DNA of 64,000 nucleotides from positions 1,758,295 to 1,822,294 of the forward strand of contig OY279575.1 in NCBI GenBank assembly GCA_958267355.1, given 5' to 3'. The position numbers and the translations under genes were made by a program. Of the stretch, positions 1 to 9,113 are shown in pieces (within the stretch, counting starts at the first letter, position 1; each line of letters begins with the position of its first letter). The DNA comes from an uncultured Alphaproteobacteria bacterium. Its GTDB lineage: Bacteria; Pseudomonadota; Alphaproteobacteria; JALCBB01. The notes below the pieces were generated by a model. It saw nothing but the letters and a program-made list of their open reading frames with translations, made no database searches and was not told where the DNA came from.

Positions 1-477
1 GGCGGATCCTTCGCCGCACCTCGCGACACCCGACCCGTCATCATCTCCAGTAACTCAGTGCCACCAGGAATGCTCATAGAAGTCAAAGGTGCCATCGTCA
101 CTCTAAAACACTCCTTCGGCGGCGATATCATCGTCGCAGGCGCAGGACAGCACTTCTTCGTCGCCGCCACAGGCCTACAACACGACATCTGCATACGACT
201 CGCAACCGAATCCACCGCCAAATCTTCTTCGGGTCTGCGCGGAGTCTACGTCGGACCCACAGGCAACTCCCTCACCGCCAATAGCGCCAACGTCAAACGA
301 ATAGAAGACGCCATCTCCAGTAACTCACGCGGCACTCTAGACTCCACCACAGGTAGCATCTTTATCCCGACCATACAAACTAGCGCAGGGCCAACCAACG
401 TGCCAATCGCTCCAAACTCAGCCGACCAAGCCTGCGGCAAAAACAACAACAGAATGATCGCATGGCTGTTGCAGTAA
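1..477 (+). CDS. Type IV pilin-like protein paralog, 5'-truncated by window edge (open frame runs from nt 1; listed ORF 58..477)
   Basis: C-terminal region aligns with the C-termini of the 2887..3582 and 3567..4304 products (HGMLIE.., D[IV]CI..LATE.., ..ACG.. with two Cys = pilin D-region-like). No stop codon between nt 1 and 58 in frame. Confidence 0.45.
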   Translation, partial: GGSFAAPRDTRPVIISSNSVPPGMLIEVKGAIVTLKHSFGGDIIVAGAGQHFFVAATGLQHDICIRLATESTAKSSSGLRGVYVGPTGNSLTANSANVKRIEDAISSNSRGTLDSTTGSIFIPTIQTSAGPTNVPIAPNSADQACGKNNNRMIAWLLQ

Positions 478-488
478 TGCCTATAATT

Positions 489-1650
489 ACCCTGATTTCT
501 AAGCCGCAAAAGAAAGGGTCAGGGTTAGTCTTTCTCGCAACATTTAATCCGCCCGCTTTTTACGCGCCCTTGCGGGCGCTTTTTGCTCGGCTTTACCCCC
601 CTCGCTTCGCTCGGGGTACGCCAAGCCCGCGGGCTCTTGCCGCCTACGGGGGCGTTCACTCACTTCGTTCGTGGATTGCCTTTCAGGCAATCGGCGTGAC
701 GCTTCGCGTCACGCCCCCACCCATCCCCCCCAAAGTTTGCTACGCAAACTTTGACCCCAGCTTTTTTACGGCGGCTTGCGCCGCCTTTTTGCACGGCTCG
801 GCAAGCTTCGCCACGCGTGCCCGCTCGGCACTTCGTGCCTTCGCGCCCCTAGGGGGGTGAATTATTAGATGTCCGTCTAAAAGAAAAAAAGAAAAGAGAA
901 TATAAGTCCAGCCCCTATGGGGGCGGCTAATTAATTAGCCGTGTTCTTAAAAGTAAAAGGGGTAAGGCTAGTTAAGCTTTGGGTGAATAGGAGGTTTCCC
1001 TGCGGGCAACTATTCTTTAATTCCCTCGCGGGCTTCGCCCGCGCTCCCACCCATCCCCCCCAAGCTCACTACGCCACCCTTTATGCACCCTTGCGGGTGC
1101 TTTGCACGGCTCGGCAAGCTCGCCGTGGCGGGCTTGTGAGCTTGACCCCAGCTTTTTTACGGCGGCTTGCGCCGCCTTTTTGCGTGGCTCGGCAAGCTTC
1201 GCCACGCGTGCCCGCTCGGCACTTCGTGCCTTCGCGCCCCTAGGGGGGTGTTAATTAGATAATCCCCTCTATATAAAAAAGTAAAACATAGGGAGAGGTA
1301 AAGAAAATAAAGGCAGAAAATTGAGATTAGTGGGATTAACTGGCTCCCATTTTTGAGACGAAGCCCTGTAAAAGCCTAGCCCGCTAGTGAGACAAAGACG
1401 GGGAAGTAGCGGCTTGCCCTGCAGGGGGCGAAGCCCCCGCAGGGTTTGCGCGATTGAGCGCAAACCGCGGGAGACTAACTTTAATAGGACTGCCCACGCC
1501 GCAGGTCGTCCGAAGGTACCGCGAAAACAAAGTTTTCGCGGTACGCGAACGGCGAGATGCGGCAAATAGCCCGCGCAAGCGGGCGGATTAAATGTTGCGA
1601 GAAAGACTAACCCCAACCCATTTTTCTACGGCTTAGAAATCAGGGTACTG
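489..1650. mobile_element. MITE-like non-coding composite element. Imperfect inverted copies (~65-75 bp) of repeat A (CCCTGATTTCTAAGCCGCA..GGGTYRGGGTTAGTCTTTCTCGCAACATTTAATCCGCCCGC) at 489-556 (+) and ~1575-1650 (-). The interior is GC-rich hairpins with TTGC/TAC loops, a ~110-bp internal duplication (745-858 ~ 1141-1250) and an AT-rich core.
   Basis: Direct sequence comparison of both ends. No credible ORF inside: the 462..860, 941..1243 and 1269..1616 ORFs are translations of repeats. Related A copies are at 17199 and 53561. Confidence 0.45.
562..586 (+). terminator. Rho-independent terminator-like hairpin (GCGCCC-TTGC-GGGCGC followed by TTTTT) just downstream of the truncated pilin paralog. 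Similar GGCGGC-TTGC-GCCGCC+TTTTT hairpins at ~768-792 and ~1167-1191.
   Basis: Perfect 6-bp GC stem, 4-nt loop, T5 tract read directly. Confidence 0.35.
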
Positions 1651-1739
1651 TGAAGACAGGGAAGAAGACAGGAAACCAAAGCGGGCGACTGCCCTCCTGT
1701 AAGGGGGGTAGGAGACAGCTTTGGCAATTAAGGGGGGGG

Positions 1740-2261
1740 CTATTTGAGTGGGAGAATAAGGCGGCGTTTGTACCTCTTGAGCCGAATAAAACCCGCACGA
1801 AGATAAAATTCTTCCACCTGCTCATCCAGCGCATCAACAACCAAGGCATAAGAAGCCGAGCCTTGGCTTAACCGCGTAGCTCTTCTTACAGCATTGGCAA
1901 GAAATTTTAACCCCATGCCCTTTCCTTGGATTGACCGCTCAAGGGCGAATTGTCCAAGCAGGGTTACAGGAACCTTTCGATCACGGGGCAATTTCTTACC
2001 CAATGCATCGGGTAGGGTGTCCGATTCAATGGACTCATTAGACAAAGTATAAAAACCAAGAATCGTTTGCGGATCATCTGTTGTCACGAGTACATAAACC
2101 CGCGCTAAGCCACGCTCTGCATCTTGGCGGGCAAGCCTTTTGAGGTAATGGTCCAACTTCTCATTGCCAGAGTTAAATTGGCTGCGGTCGTGACCTTTAC
2201 CAAATATCCGTACAACGGGCTGACCCTTTAAACCAAAATCGTTTAAGATTTCTCGTCCCAT
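1740..2261 (-). CDS. GNAT-family acetyltransferase, toxin-type (TacT/AtaT/KacT-like) of a type II TA pair
   Basis: 173 aa. Acetyl-CoA motif Q-G-K-G-M-G-L..LANAV. The gene starts within the 3' end of an upstream small ORF (19-nt overlap with 2243..2560), the typical TA architecture. Confidence 0.55.
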   Translation of the reverse strand: MGREILNDFGLKGQPVVRIFGKGHDRSQFNSGNEKLDHYLKRLARQDAERGLARVYVLVTTDDPQTILGFYTLSNESIESDTLPDALGKKLPRDRKVPVTLLGQFALERSIQGKGMGLKFLANAVRRATRLSQGSASYALVVDALDEQVEEFYLRAGFIRLKRYKRRLILPLK

Positions 2262-2560
2262 TCGCTGATAAACTGTCTGTCGTGGGCTTCAAGAGCAGCG
2301 GTAAGGGCTTCGTTGTAGACAATGGGCTCTTCCATCAGTCTCAAGAAAGCTTTCGTTTCTTCAGCGTCAAGTTTGGTTAAGTTGCGCTCCGAAAAACGCT
2401 TCTTGGCTCGCGGAAAAAGAAACCCCTTAATAACCCGCATAACAGGCCAGCGCGAAGTAACAAGATGGTAGTCCCAACGGGCGCGACGGTGGGCTTTGCG
2501 CTCTTTTTTCTCTTCTGCTTCCGCCTGTTTCTCCCAGGCGTTGTCTGTTGTGCTTACCAT
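2243..2560 (-). CDS. Putative DUF1778-like antitoxin partner of the GNAT toxin (start possibly at internal Met near 2440)
   Basis: C-terminal segment LTKLDAEETKAFLRLMEEPIVYNEALTAALEAHDRQF resembles the DUF1778 (TacA/AtaR) C-terminal toxin-binding region (..FLALLDNPP.PNEAL..A...). Translationally coupled to the GNAT gene. The N-terminal RHH region is not clearly recognisable. Confidence 0.4.
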   Translation of the reverse strand: MVSTTDNAWEKQAEAEEKKERKAHRRARWDYHLVTSRWPVMRVIKGFLFPRAKKRFSERNLTKLDAEETKAFLRLMEEPIVYNEALTAALEAHDRQFISEWDEKS

Positions 2561-2632
2561 TGTGGAAAAACTCCGTGTTGGGGTAGGGATAAGGCTAATT
2601 TAGGCGGAAGGCAGGAGGGGCGTCAATTTATT

Positions 2633-2800
2633 ACTTTATGTAGCTCAATTAGGCGTTTGGCTGAAATTATGGGGCTTGGGGGCTGGTGGGGGCTTGGCTC
2701 AATTAGCCCTTTGGCTGAAATTATGGGGCGTGGGGGCTGGTGGGGGATACAAGGGCTGGCACGAATGCCCCGCCGCAAGGCGGAATTCTTGCGGATTTGG
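2633..2800. repeat. Repeat-B family copy (two tandem sub-copies: GGCTCAATTAGSC..GAAATTATGGGGC..GGCTGGTGGGGG..GGCTGGCACGAATGCCSCRCCGCAAGGYG)
   Basis: Shares the GGCTCAATTAGCCC / ACTATGGGGCGTGGCGGTTGGAGG / GGCACGAATGCCGCACCGCAAGGTGC modules with 17430-17790 and 53836-53920. Contains two small tetraloop hairpins (GGCA-CGAA-TGCC, GCACC-GCAA-GGTGC). Confidence 0.5.
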
Positions 2801-2886
2801 GGGTTTGGTGGTAGAATTCAGGCGGTTGGGAATATCCGCCATTTTAGGCAGATTCTAGTGAAAATAAGCCTGTAAGCCAGATTTCC

Positions 2887-3582
2887 GTGAAAATGCAACT
2901 CTCTTCTATGCCTCTTATGCCTCTGCTCCGCAGAAAAGGCTCAAAGCCGCGTGGCTCACGCCGAGCAGGTGTCACGCTGCTCGAAGCCATCGGATTCCTT
3001 ACCGTCGCGACCATCATCATTGCCTCCACGCTCGGAATCTATGAACAAGCCCAGCTACAACTGCGAACCCACAGAACCATCACCGCTGTCGCCATGATGC
3101 ATACCATCGTACGCGGACTCTACGCCAATAGCGTAGAATTCGGCAAAAATATAGACGAAGATATGCACAATATTCTCGTAGATGCCAACGGTATCTCTCA
3201 CGGAATGCTAATAGAAGCCGCTGGAACCAATATGTACGAAATCCGTACCGCCTTCGGCGGACTCGTGCGACTCCGAGTCGGCTCGCGAACCGCCGCCGCC
3301 ACCACAGGAGGCGAAAAAATCAACTTCTTCATCGCCGCCGAAGACCTAGACACAGATGTTTGCATCAATATCTCAACCCAAGCTGTCGGTGCCGCTTTCT
3401 ATGGACTAAAATCTTTCCTCATCAATGATCAAGTCTTCCTACGCGGCACAGGTGGCGTAGATCCGCCCGCCTACACAGGCGCACCGCACTTTCCCGTTTC
3501 GCCCGCTCGTGCCTCCACGGAATGCACCACTTCTGGCGGGGGGATTAAACGCGATAATGTCCTGACTTGGAATTATCAATGA
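2887..3582 (+). CDS. Type IV pilin-like protein (prepilin-type N-terminal cleavage/methylation motif), 231 aa
   Basis: Basic leader ..RRKGSKPRGSRRAG|VTLLEAIGFLTVATIIIAS (Gly-1, Glu+5, ~20 hydrophobic residues). C-terminal D-x-C-I ... T-E-C-T Cys pair. Paralogous to the ORF at 1..477 and to 3567..4304. Confidence 0.65.
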   Translation: MKMQLSSMPLMPLLRRKGSKPRGSRRAGVTLLEAIGFLTVATIIIASTLGIYEQAQLQLRTHRTITAVAMMHTIVRGLYANSVEFGKNIDEDMHNILVDANGISHGMLIEAAGTNMYEIRTAFGGLVRLRVGSRTAAATTGGEKINFFIAAEDLDTDVCINISTQAVGAAFYGLKSFLINDQVFLRGTGGVDPPAYTGAPHFPVSPARASTECTTSGGGIKRDNVLTWNYQ

Positions 3583-4304
3583 TGGCGCAGACTCACTTTC
3601 ATAACCTTCATAGCGTCCGTGGCGTTCATAGCGTCTCGAGCAAGAAGCGGCAGGGCGTAACCCTGCTAGAGTTCATCGGTGTGCTTGTCGTTAGCATAAT
3701 CGTTATCTCTACTGCCATCGCTCTGCTGGATCATTTGGATAATCGTCGCCGCCTAAGCCAAGCCATAGATGGATACCAACTCCTCGCCCACAAAATAGAC
3801 AAGATAGATCTGCGCAACGTCTATCCAGACCCCACGGACCGCACCAAAAAGCTTTTCACAGACGCGGGCACAAAAGAACTTATCGGCTCCGCGAATTTTG
3901 TGCCGCCAGGGTTTTCCTACGAAATGGTCGGCACCGACCGCGTCTTCAAAGACCCCTTCGGCAATAGCATCGCCTTGCAGTCCGTGGATAAAACGCTCAG
4001 TGCCGCGACCCTAGCAAGTCCAGCACAGTGGCGGCACCTAGAACTCGCCATCACAAACGTCAAACAAGATATTTGCATACAGCTCGCCACCGAACTCAGC
4101 TGGGCAAATAACGCCCAACTCGCCGCCATTCTTGTTGAACATGGCGCAGGGCCTACCATCACAACCTTCACTCCCGCCACAGGAACGCTAAAACTCGACC
4201 CCGTGCCCGCGACAACCTTTCCGATACAAGCCTCCGCCGCCAACACAGCCTGCGGCACAAGCGGCAATACCCTACGCTGGCAGTTCGTCAAAGGTCCCGT
4301 ATAA
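3567..4304 (+). CDS. Type IV pilin-like protein, 245 aa
   Basis: ..KKRQG|VTLLEFIGVLVVSIIVISTAIALL N-terminus. C-terminal DICIQLATEL .. ACGTSGNTL motif shared with the two paralogs. Confidence 0.65.
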   Translation: MELSMMAQTHFHNLHSVRGVHSVSSKKRQGVTLLEFIGVLVVSIIVISTAIALLDHLDNRRRLSQAIDGYQLLAHKIDKIDLRNVYPDPTDRTKKLFTDAGTKELIGSANFVPPGFSYEMVGTDRVFKDPFGNSIALQSVDKTLSAATLASPAQWRHLELAITNVKQDICIQLATELSWANNAQLAAILVEHGAGPTITTFTPATGTLKLDPVPATTFPIQASAANTACGTSGNTLRWQFVKGPV

Positions 4305-4324
4305 TTTGCTATAATTGGCTCGTC

Positions 4325-4468
4325 CAAGAAAAGCTCAAGATAAAGCCCGAGAAAAACCCAAGATAAAGCCCAAGATAAAGCCCAAGAGAAAAACCCAAGA
4401 TAAAGCCCAAGAAAAACCCAAGATAAAGCCCAAGAAAAACCCAAGAGAAAAACCCAAGATAAAGCCCA
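4325..4468. repeat. Intergenic tandem repeat (11-13-bp units CCCAAGATAAAG / CCCAAGAAAAA) upstream of the 923-aa pilin-like gene
   Basis: Direct reading. The 4315..4512 ORF (KPKIKPK..) is merely its translation. Confidence 0.8.
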
Positions 4469-4474
4469 GACAAT

Positions 4475-7246
4475 ATGATCCACGCAAGCCCGCATATCGC
4501 AACTGTGCCTGACAATGTTTCAGGACATGGGGTTTCTGCGCCTTGGGTTTCTAAAGGGCGGGTTTCTGCGTGTCGGGTTTCTAAAGGGCGGGTTTCTAAA
4601 CGGCGGGGCTTGTCGCTGATAGAAGTTATCTTCGCCGCCGCCATCGCCGTTATTGGCTTGGCAATGTTCGTGCCGCTCCTTGCCGAGCGCGACGCCACAG
4701 AAGACCTGCATGTCACCGCCGAAATTATGCGCGCCCACGCCCGCACAGCTTCTAACCTTGCTGTCTCCGACCTGCCAATGTTCGGACGACCCAACGACCC
4801 GGGCAATCCGCTTGCCGCCACCACCGACGCAGATGGCGAGTCCGTTGTGGATGATATTAACTTCTTGCCATACTCGCTTCTGCGAGCTGTCCTGACCTGC
4901 ATGGATGCCTCAAGTAAAGCCCAATCAGGCGCACACAATATTCGCGAAGGCGTGCGTGAGTATCCGTCAGACGATGCCGCACTCGTGCTCTACAACGAAG
5001 ACAGAGTAGAACTGCCCGATGGCTCAGGGAATTACCACGAAAGTCTGCTCACCCTTGTCGCCCAAGGGCGTGCCCTAGACGCTGAACCCGCCGCCCGCAA
5101 CCGCGTGCTAACCGACGCCGCCCGCAGAAACCTAGACCGCTACGATTCAATTTGGCGACTCATGTCGTCTCATTGCACTTTCTTCTCCGCGCTGGACGGG
5201 AATAATAATCCTGACGCCGCCACCCTTGAAACCGACGAGCTGAAAATCGCTTGGTCAACGGGCGATGTCGTGCCAAGCGGAACAGGTGTCCAATATGGAA
5301 CCTTCCGTTGCGTAGATGCCGCCTATCTAGACGATCAAGGAAAAATCTGGACTCCAGGGTCGCCAAACCGTATTGACACGCCCGCCGTGCTGGTCGGAGG
5401 CGGTAGCGCCACTTCAGGGCGGGTGCGCTTCGTGGAAATCGATCCTGATACCTGCATCGGGGCGCGACTCCTTGCCGATGCCGCTGGCGGTATCCACTGG
5501 AAATCTTCGCTCGGGCTGGACGACCAAGGAAACGACGCTCGCGTCGCCTTCTACATCGGGTTTGAAGACGCCGATAGAGCCATAGAAGCCGCCATCCAAC
5601 TCGGCAATGGCGGACAAGTCGCCGATACCTTCGCTAACATCTCCGTCGACTCAGCCTACAAGCTCAAGGTCTATGTCGTGCCTCTGCGCTATAGCGCACA
5701 AGCCCACGCCGCACCACTGGCACGGAAAATCGGACCGTCAGCCCTAATCGCGTCTCGCGGGGATTATCACTCGTCGTCTCCGTCACCGCGTCCAAGTGCG
5801 CCCATTGCCTTTCGGAATCCGTTCAGCCAGACACCCATCAGAAACACTTTTATTCCGTGGCCGTTGAAAGATCCGACTGCTTCCAGTCCAGAGCTTTTAA
5901 TCCGCGAGAATGCAGTGGTTATAGACTCGGCAAACTTTGAAAGCAGAACCGCCAACGCTTGGCTCGCCAGCTTTGTCGGCGAGCGGCGGTCTTCTGAAGC
6001 ATCGGGAATTCCCGCCAATGCGATTACCCTCGGGCACTCGGTCTATCACACGACCAATCAGTCGGGCAACGCAGTCGCGGCACGGACTCTACGCAACGAA
6101 GATAACCGCTACGATATTTCAGGCTTCTCCACGCACTTAGCAGGACACGGAAAGCGTCTGATGGATGGCGACACAGCAGGTTTGGGAACTGCAAACCTGC
6201 CGCCACGGAATAATCCTGCCCGCAAGCCGCCAAACGTTGATGCTACCGCGCTTCCCTTGTCGGCGGGTTTGCTCATCGGCACGGCTATGACCAATGCAAC
6301 CGATCTTCATGTAGGCACTACAGGTGGAAACTTGTGGCGCAAGTTTGGTGTTCAAACTGCGGCAGAAGGCCCAAACAATGTCTCGCGCCTCTGGCCACGC
6401 CTTTTGGATGTCGGCTCCGAGCATGAGCCTGTGAGAAGGCTCACAATCCGCGATGATGCAGTCTTCTCGCAGTTGCGGGTGGAACCCGGGGCGCAGGTGC
6501 GGGTGCTTGGCAGAATCGCAGTCGGGGTTTCGTGCGAAGAGTTGGCGGGAGCTTCCAAAGGCTTAGGTGCTGCCCTTACGCAAAAACAAATCGGACAATT
6601 AGAAGGCGAGACAGCTGCGTCGCGAAATCCTGCTCTGGCAAACCCATCCCCTGTTTTAAGTTCGGTTGCCAATCGCTATTCGCCCCTCTGCCACGATGGT
6701 CGCAGCCCCAGCACGACTCCTTCTGCTACGGTTGCCGATGCCGCACCGCAAGCCGCCGAAGTTTCTGCCAATCTTCCCTATCGCGGCTTCTATATGCAAC
6801 CGCACAATAGAGACATTGATTTGGGAACCCACTTCTCCGTCTATACGCGGCAGATTCAGGTTGAAGACGGGGCGGCTTTGGCACTAAGTGTGCGCAAACC
6901 GAACCCCTTCGGTACTGGCGATGTAACAGGTGTGACAGATACCACGGACCACAATATCTTCAAGTACAAAGACTGCCTTTTGGATGACGAAGGCGACTCG
7001 CCAGGTATACCAGGAACGCCGACCAATACGTGGGCTAAAGACCCAGATACTATAACCATCGGCGGCCTCGAATATGATGGTACTAAGGTAGGCAACTTCC
7101 AGATTGCGCGGGGTGCTCCAGAACCTGTTGCGAATAGAGACCCCTTCATACATTCATCAAGAACCCTTACAAGACCCTCCACTGGTGCTTTAAATCCCCC
7201 AGGAGTCATAAGTGGTGTTAAAGAACAAAATGTCTGCCCTAACTAA
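4475..7246 (+). CDS. Giant pilin-like (pseudopilin-like) protein, 923 aa, with prepilin-type N-terminus after an unusually long basic leader
   Basis: ..VSKRRG|LSLIEVIFAAAIAVIGLAMFVPLL. The leader (~45 aa) contains in-frame 15-bp tandem repeats (GGGTTTCTAAAGGGC x4-5 at ~4520-4595). The rest has no domain I recognise. Overlaps the next gene by 35 nt. Confidence 0.55.
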   Translation: MIHASPHIATVPDNVSGHGVSAPWVSKGRVSACRVSKGRVSKRRGLSLIEVIFAAAIAVIGLAMFVPLLAERDATEDLHVTAEIMRAHARTASNLAVSDLPMFGRPNDPGNPLAATTDADGESVVDDINFLPYSLLRAVLTCMDASSKAQSGAHNIREGVREYPSDDAALVLYNEDRVELPDGSGNYHESLLTLVAQGRALDAEPAARNRVLTDAARRNLDRYDSIWRLMSSHCTFFSALDGNNNPDAATLETDELKIAWSTGDVVPSGTGVQYGTFRCVDAAYLDDQGKIWTPGSPNRIDTPAVLVGGGSATSGRVRFVEIDPDTCIGARLLADAAGGIHWKSSLGLDDQGNDARVAFYIGFEDADRAIEAAIQLGNGGQVADTFANISVDSAYKLKVYVVPLRYSAQAHAAPLARKIGPSALIASRGDYHSSSPSPRPSAPIAFRNPFSQTPIRNTFIPWPLKDPTASSPELLIRENAVVIDSANFESRTANAWLASFVGERRSSEASGIPANAITLGHSVYHTTNQSGNAVAARTLRNEDNRYDISGFSTHLAGHGKRLMDGDTAGLGTANLPPRNNPARKPPNVDATALPLSAGLLIGTAMTNATDLHVGTTGGNLWRKFGVQTAAEGPNNVSRLWPRLLDVGSEHEPVRRLTIRDDAVFSQLRVEPGAQVRVLGRIAVGVSCEELAGASKGLGAALTQKQIGQLEGETAASRNPALANPSPVLSSVANRYSPLCHDGRSPSTTPSATVADAAPQAAEVSANLPYRGFYMQPHNRDIDLGTHFSVYTRQIQVEDGAALALSVRKPNPFGTGDVTGVTDTTDHNIFKYKDCLLDDEGDSPGIPGTPTNTWAKDPDTITIGGLEYDGTKVGNFQIARGAPEPVANRDPFIHSSRTLTRPSTGALNPPGVISGVKEQNVCPN

Positions 7247-9098
7247 TCTCGCGTCTCGCACTTCTGGTGCGTCCGCCCATCGCGTGGATGGCTACATCTG
7301 CGGCAACGGGCAAGCCCCGCATTGCACCCGTACTCGCCGCTCCCGCAGGGGCTTCTCCCGCAGGGGCTTCACCATGTTGGAAGTACTAGGCGCCTTGGCA
7401 ATTGCCTCCATTATGTTGGTAACCCTAACTTGGGTTCAGCTCGGCGGAGCCGCTTCCTACTCAGAGCGTGTAGATGAACGCCGCGCCCAATACATCGCCA
7501 GCGTTATGCGACAGGTCTTTGAAGCCGAACGCGGACGCGTACTCAACGATTACCAAGAACACAGCTTCCTCGCACATATGGGCTTAAACGGCGAGGCAAC
7601 AACTCTGCCCGACGAGCAAATCTACGACCCCACCGACCCCAATGGCGGTGCAGCAGGTGTCGCAGTCGGCTTAAACGGAAATAACATTGATGATTTTGAA
7701 GAACTCGTCCCGCGCTCAGGAGTCAATTTCTCAGCCCGCCGCGAAGGCGCAACTTCACCGCGTGAAATCCAACCCACAGGAGCAACGCTGGCAAGCCAAG
7801 GCTATATGCCGCTCGGACACTCCACAGGGCTAGACCCACAGGCTCTAGGCGAAGCCGCAGGCGCACCCCTGCCCCTCAGTATCTATTACGGACGGATTCG
7901 CCCCGATGCCCTCGTCAGCGGACTCTGCGAACCAGGCGTAAGCACAGTCAATAGCGATGGCGCAGGTGCCTCTGGCAAATGCAAAGCCGAAACCTACGCA
8001 CATAGCACAGGACGCGCAGGAGCAAATGTTTTTAGTGACACAACCATAGATCCCGAATTTGGATATGTGCCAGCAAATAACCCAGGAGCAATCACACCAC
8101 TGGGTATTTCTATGCGCCTAACTGCAGCTGTTGATGCAGGGTGCGCCTCTGTCTCGGTTGTCTGCGCAGACCAGATGGTCTTCCCGTTCTTGGGCTACTA
8201 CGGCACCCAAGGAACAAGCAAAAAAGTCGTCGTCACAGACGACACAGCATTAGCCATCGTCGTCAAAACCAACTTCACAAGCGCACAAATTCCAAGCGAA
8301 CGAGTCTTGCGACGGGTAGCAGAATTGCTCGCCCCCTACGGCGGCTACGGCTTACACAGCGACCACAGCTCAGAAGCCCTAGCATACTACGCCTGCCTAC
8401 CCCACATGACCGACTTTGAAGGCACGCGCAATGGCTTCTGCAGCTCAACGCCGCCGAACATCTATAAGCCCTCCAACACGCCAACCGAAAGCGCAATCGT
8501 CGGCGGCAGATTGGCATGGCGATACCTCGCTAAAGAATTACCCCTGCGCGATGCAGGGAAAACCCTTTTCTCCACAACCGATTCCGCCACGCCACCAACG
8601 CCGCAGACAGCAACAATTTCTACAGCCCACCCCCTGCAGGTGCAAGGACAACTCTTTATGGTCGGACTCTTCGGGCGACGCAATTCCGTTCAACACGCAC
8701 TGGAAGTCGCCAGCTTTGACGCCCTATCAGAAGAAGGAGACGGACCCACACTCTACTTCAGCGGCGATGGCGGCTTCGTAGATGCTCCCACAAGCGAAGT
8801 CGACTCAGGCGAAGTCGCAGGACGCAACATCGGATTCGTCTTCAGCCAAGATGTCACCATTGAAGGGGATCTGGTCGTCCAAAGCGACGCCGTTATCGCC
8901 GCCCCCGCCCGTGTGCTCATCCCCGACGCAGAACTAGACCTAGAAGGCGGCGCATTCTTCGCAGGAAGACCACACGGCAACGCGGCTTTCCGTAGAGACG
9001 AAATCTACCCCTTCCCCAACATCTATGTCACAGGCGGTGTAAACGGAAACCTGCCCAACTACGACGCCCGCATACGCCTAGAGTTTTTGGCTGACTAA
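7212..9098 (+). CDS. Giant pilin-like protein, 628 aa (start may be Met at ~7230)
   Basis: ..TRRSRRGFSRRG|FTMLEVLGALAIASIMLVTLTWV, i.e. Gly-1/Glu+5 followed by a hydrophobic helix. Confidence 0.55.
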   Translation: MVLKNKMSALTNLASRTSGASAHRVDGYICGNGQAPHCTRTRRSRRGFSRRGFTMLEVLGALAIASIMLVTLTWVQLGGAASYSERVDERRAQYIASVMRQVFEAERGRVLNDYQEHSFLAHMGLNGEATTLPDEQIYDPTDPNGGAAGVAVGLNGNNIDDFEELVPRSGVNFSARREGATSPREIQPTGATLASQGYMPLGHSTGLDPQALGEAAGAPLPLSIYYGRIRPDALVSGLCEPGVSTVNSDGAGASGKCKAETYAHSTGRAGANVFSDTTIDPEFGYVPANNPGAITPLGISMRLTAAVDAGCASVSVVCADQMVFPFLGYYGTQGTSKKVVVTDDTALAIVVKTNFTSAQIPSERVLRRVAELLAPYGGYGLHSDHSSEALAYYACLPHMTDFEGTRNGFCSSTPPNIYKPSNTPTESAIVGGRLAWRYLAKELPLRDAGKTLFSTTDSATPPTPQTATISTAHPLQVQGQLFMVGLFGRRNSVQHALEVASFDALSEEGDGPTLYFSGDGGFVDAPTSEVDSGEVAGRNIGFVFSQDVTIEGDLVVQSDAVIAAPARVLIPDAELDLEGGAFFAGRPHGNAAFRRDEIYPFPNIYVTGGVNGNLPNYDARIRLEFLAD

Positions 9099-9113
9099 CC
9101 GCCGATAAACAAA

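Noticed and set aside
489-556. Repeat module A as a tRNA/tmRNA 3' end (integration site) or small structured RNA gene
   Set aside because: No cloverleaf, T-loop (GTTCRA) or CCA-adjacent acceptor features. It occurs in both orientations abutting different genes. Treated as a dispersed repeat, though transcription as an sRNA is not excluded.
462-1616. ORFs 462..860, 941..1243, 1269..1616 inside the hairpin element
   Set aside because: Built from palindromic repeats. The same peptide fragments (LISKPQKxGxGLVF.., PAFYAPLRA..) recur wherever the repeat occurs, so the protein-like reading is an artefact.
4315-4512. ORF encoding KPKIKPKIKPK.. peptide
   Set aside because: Pure translation of the intergenic tandem repeat. 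No start context.
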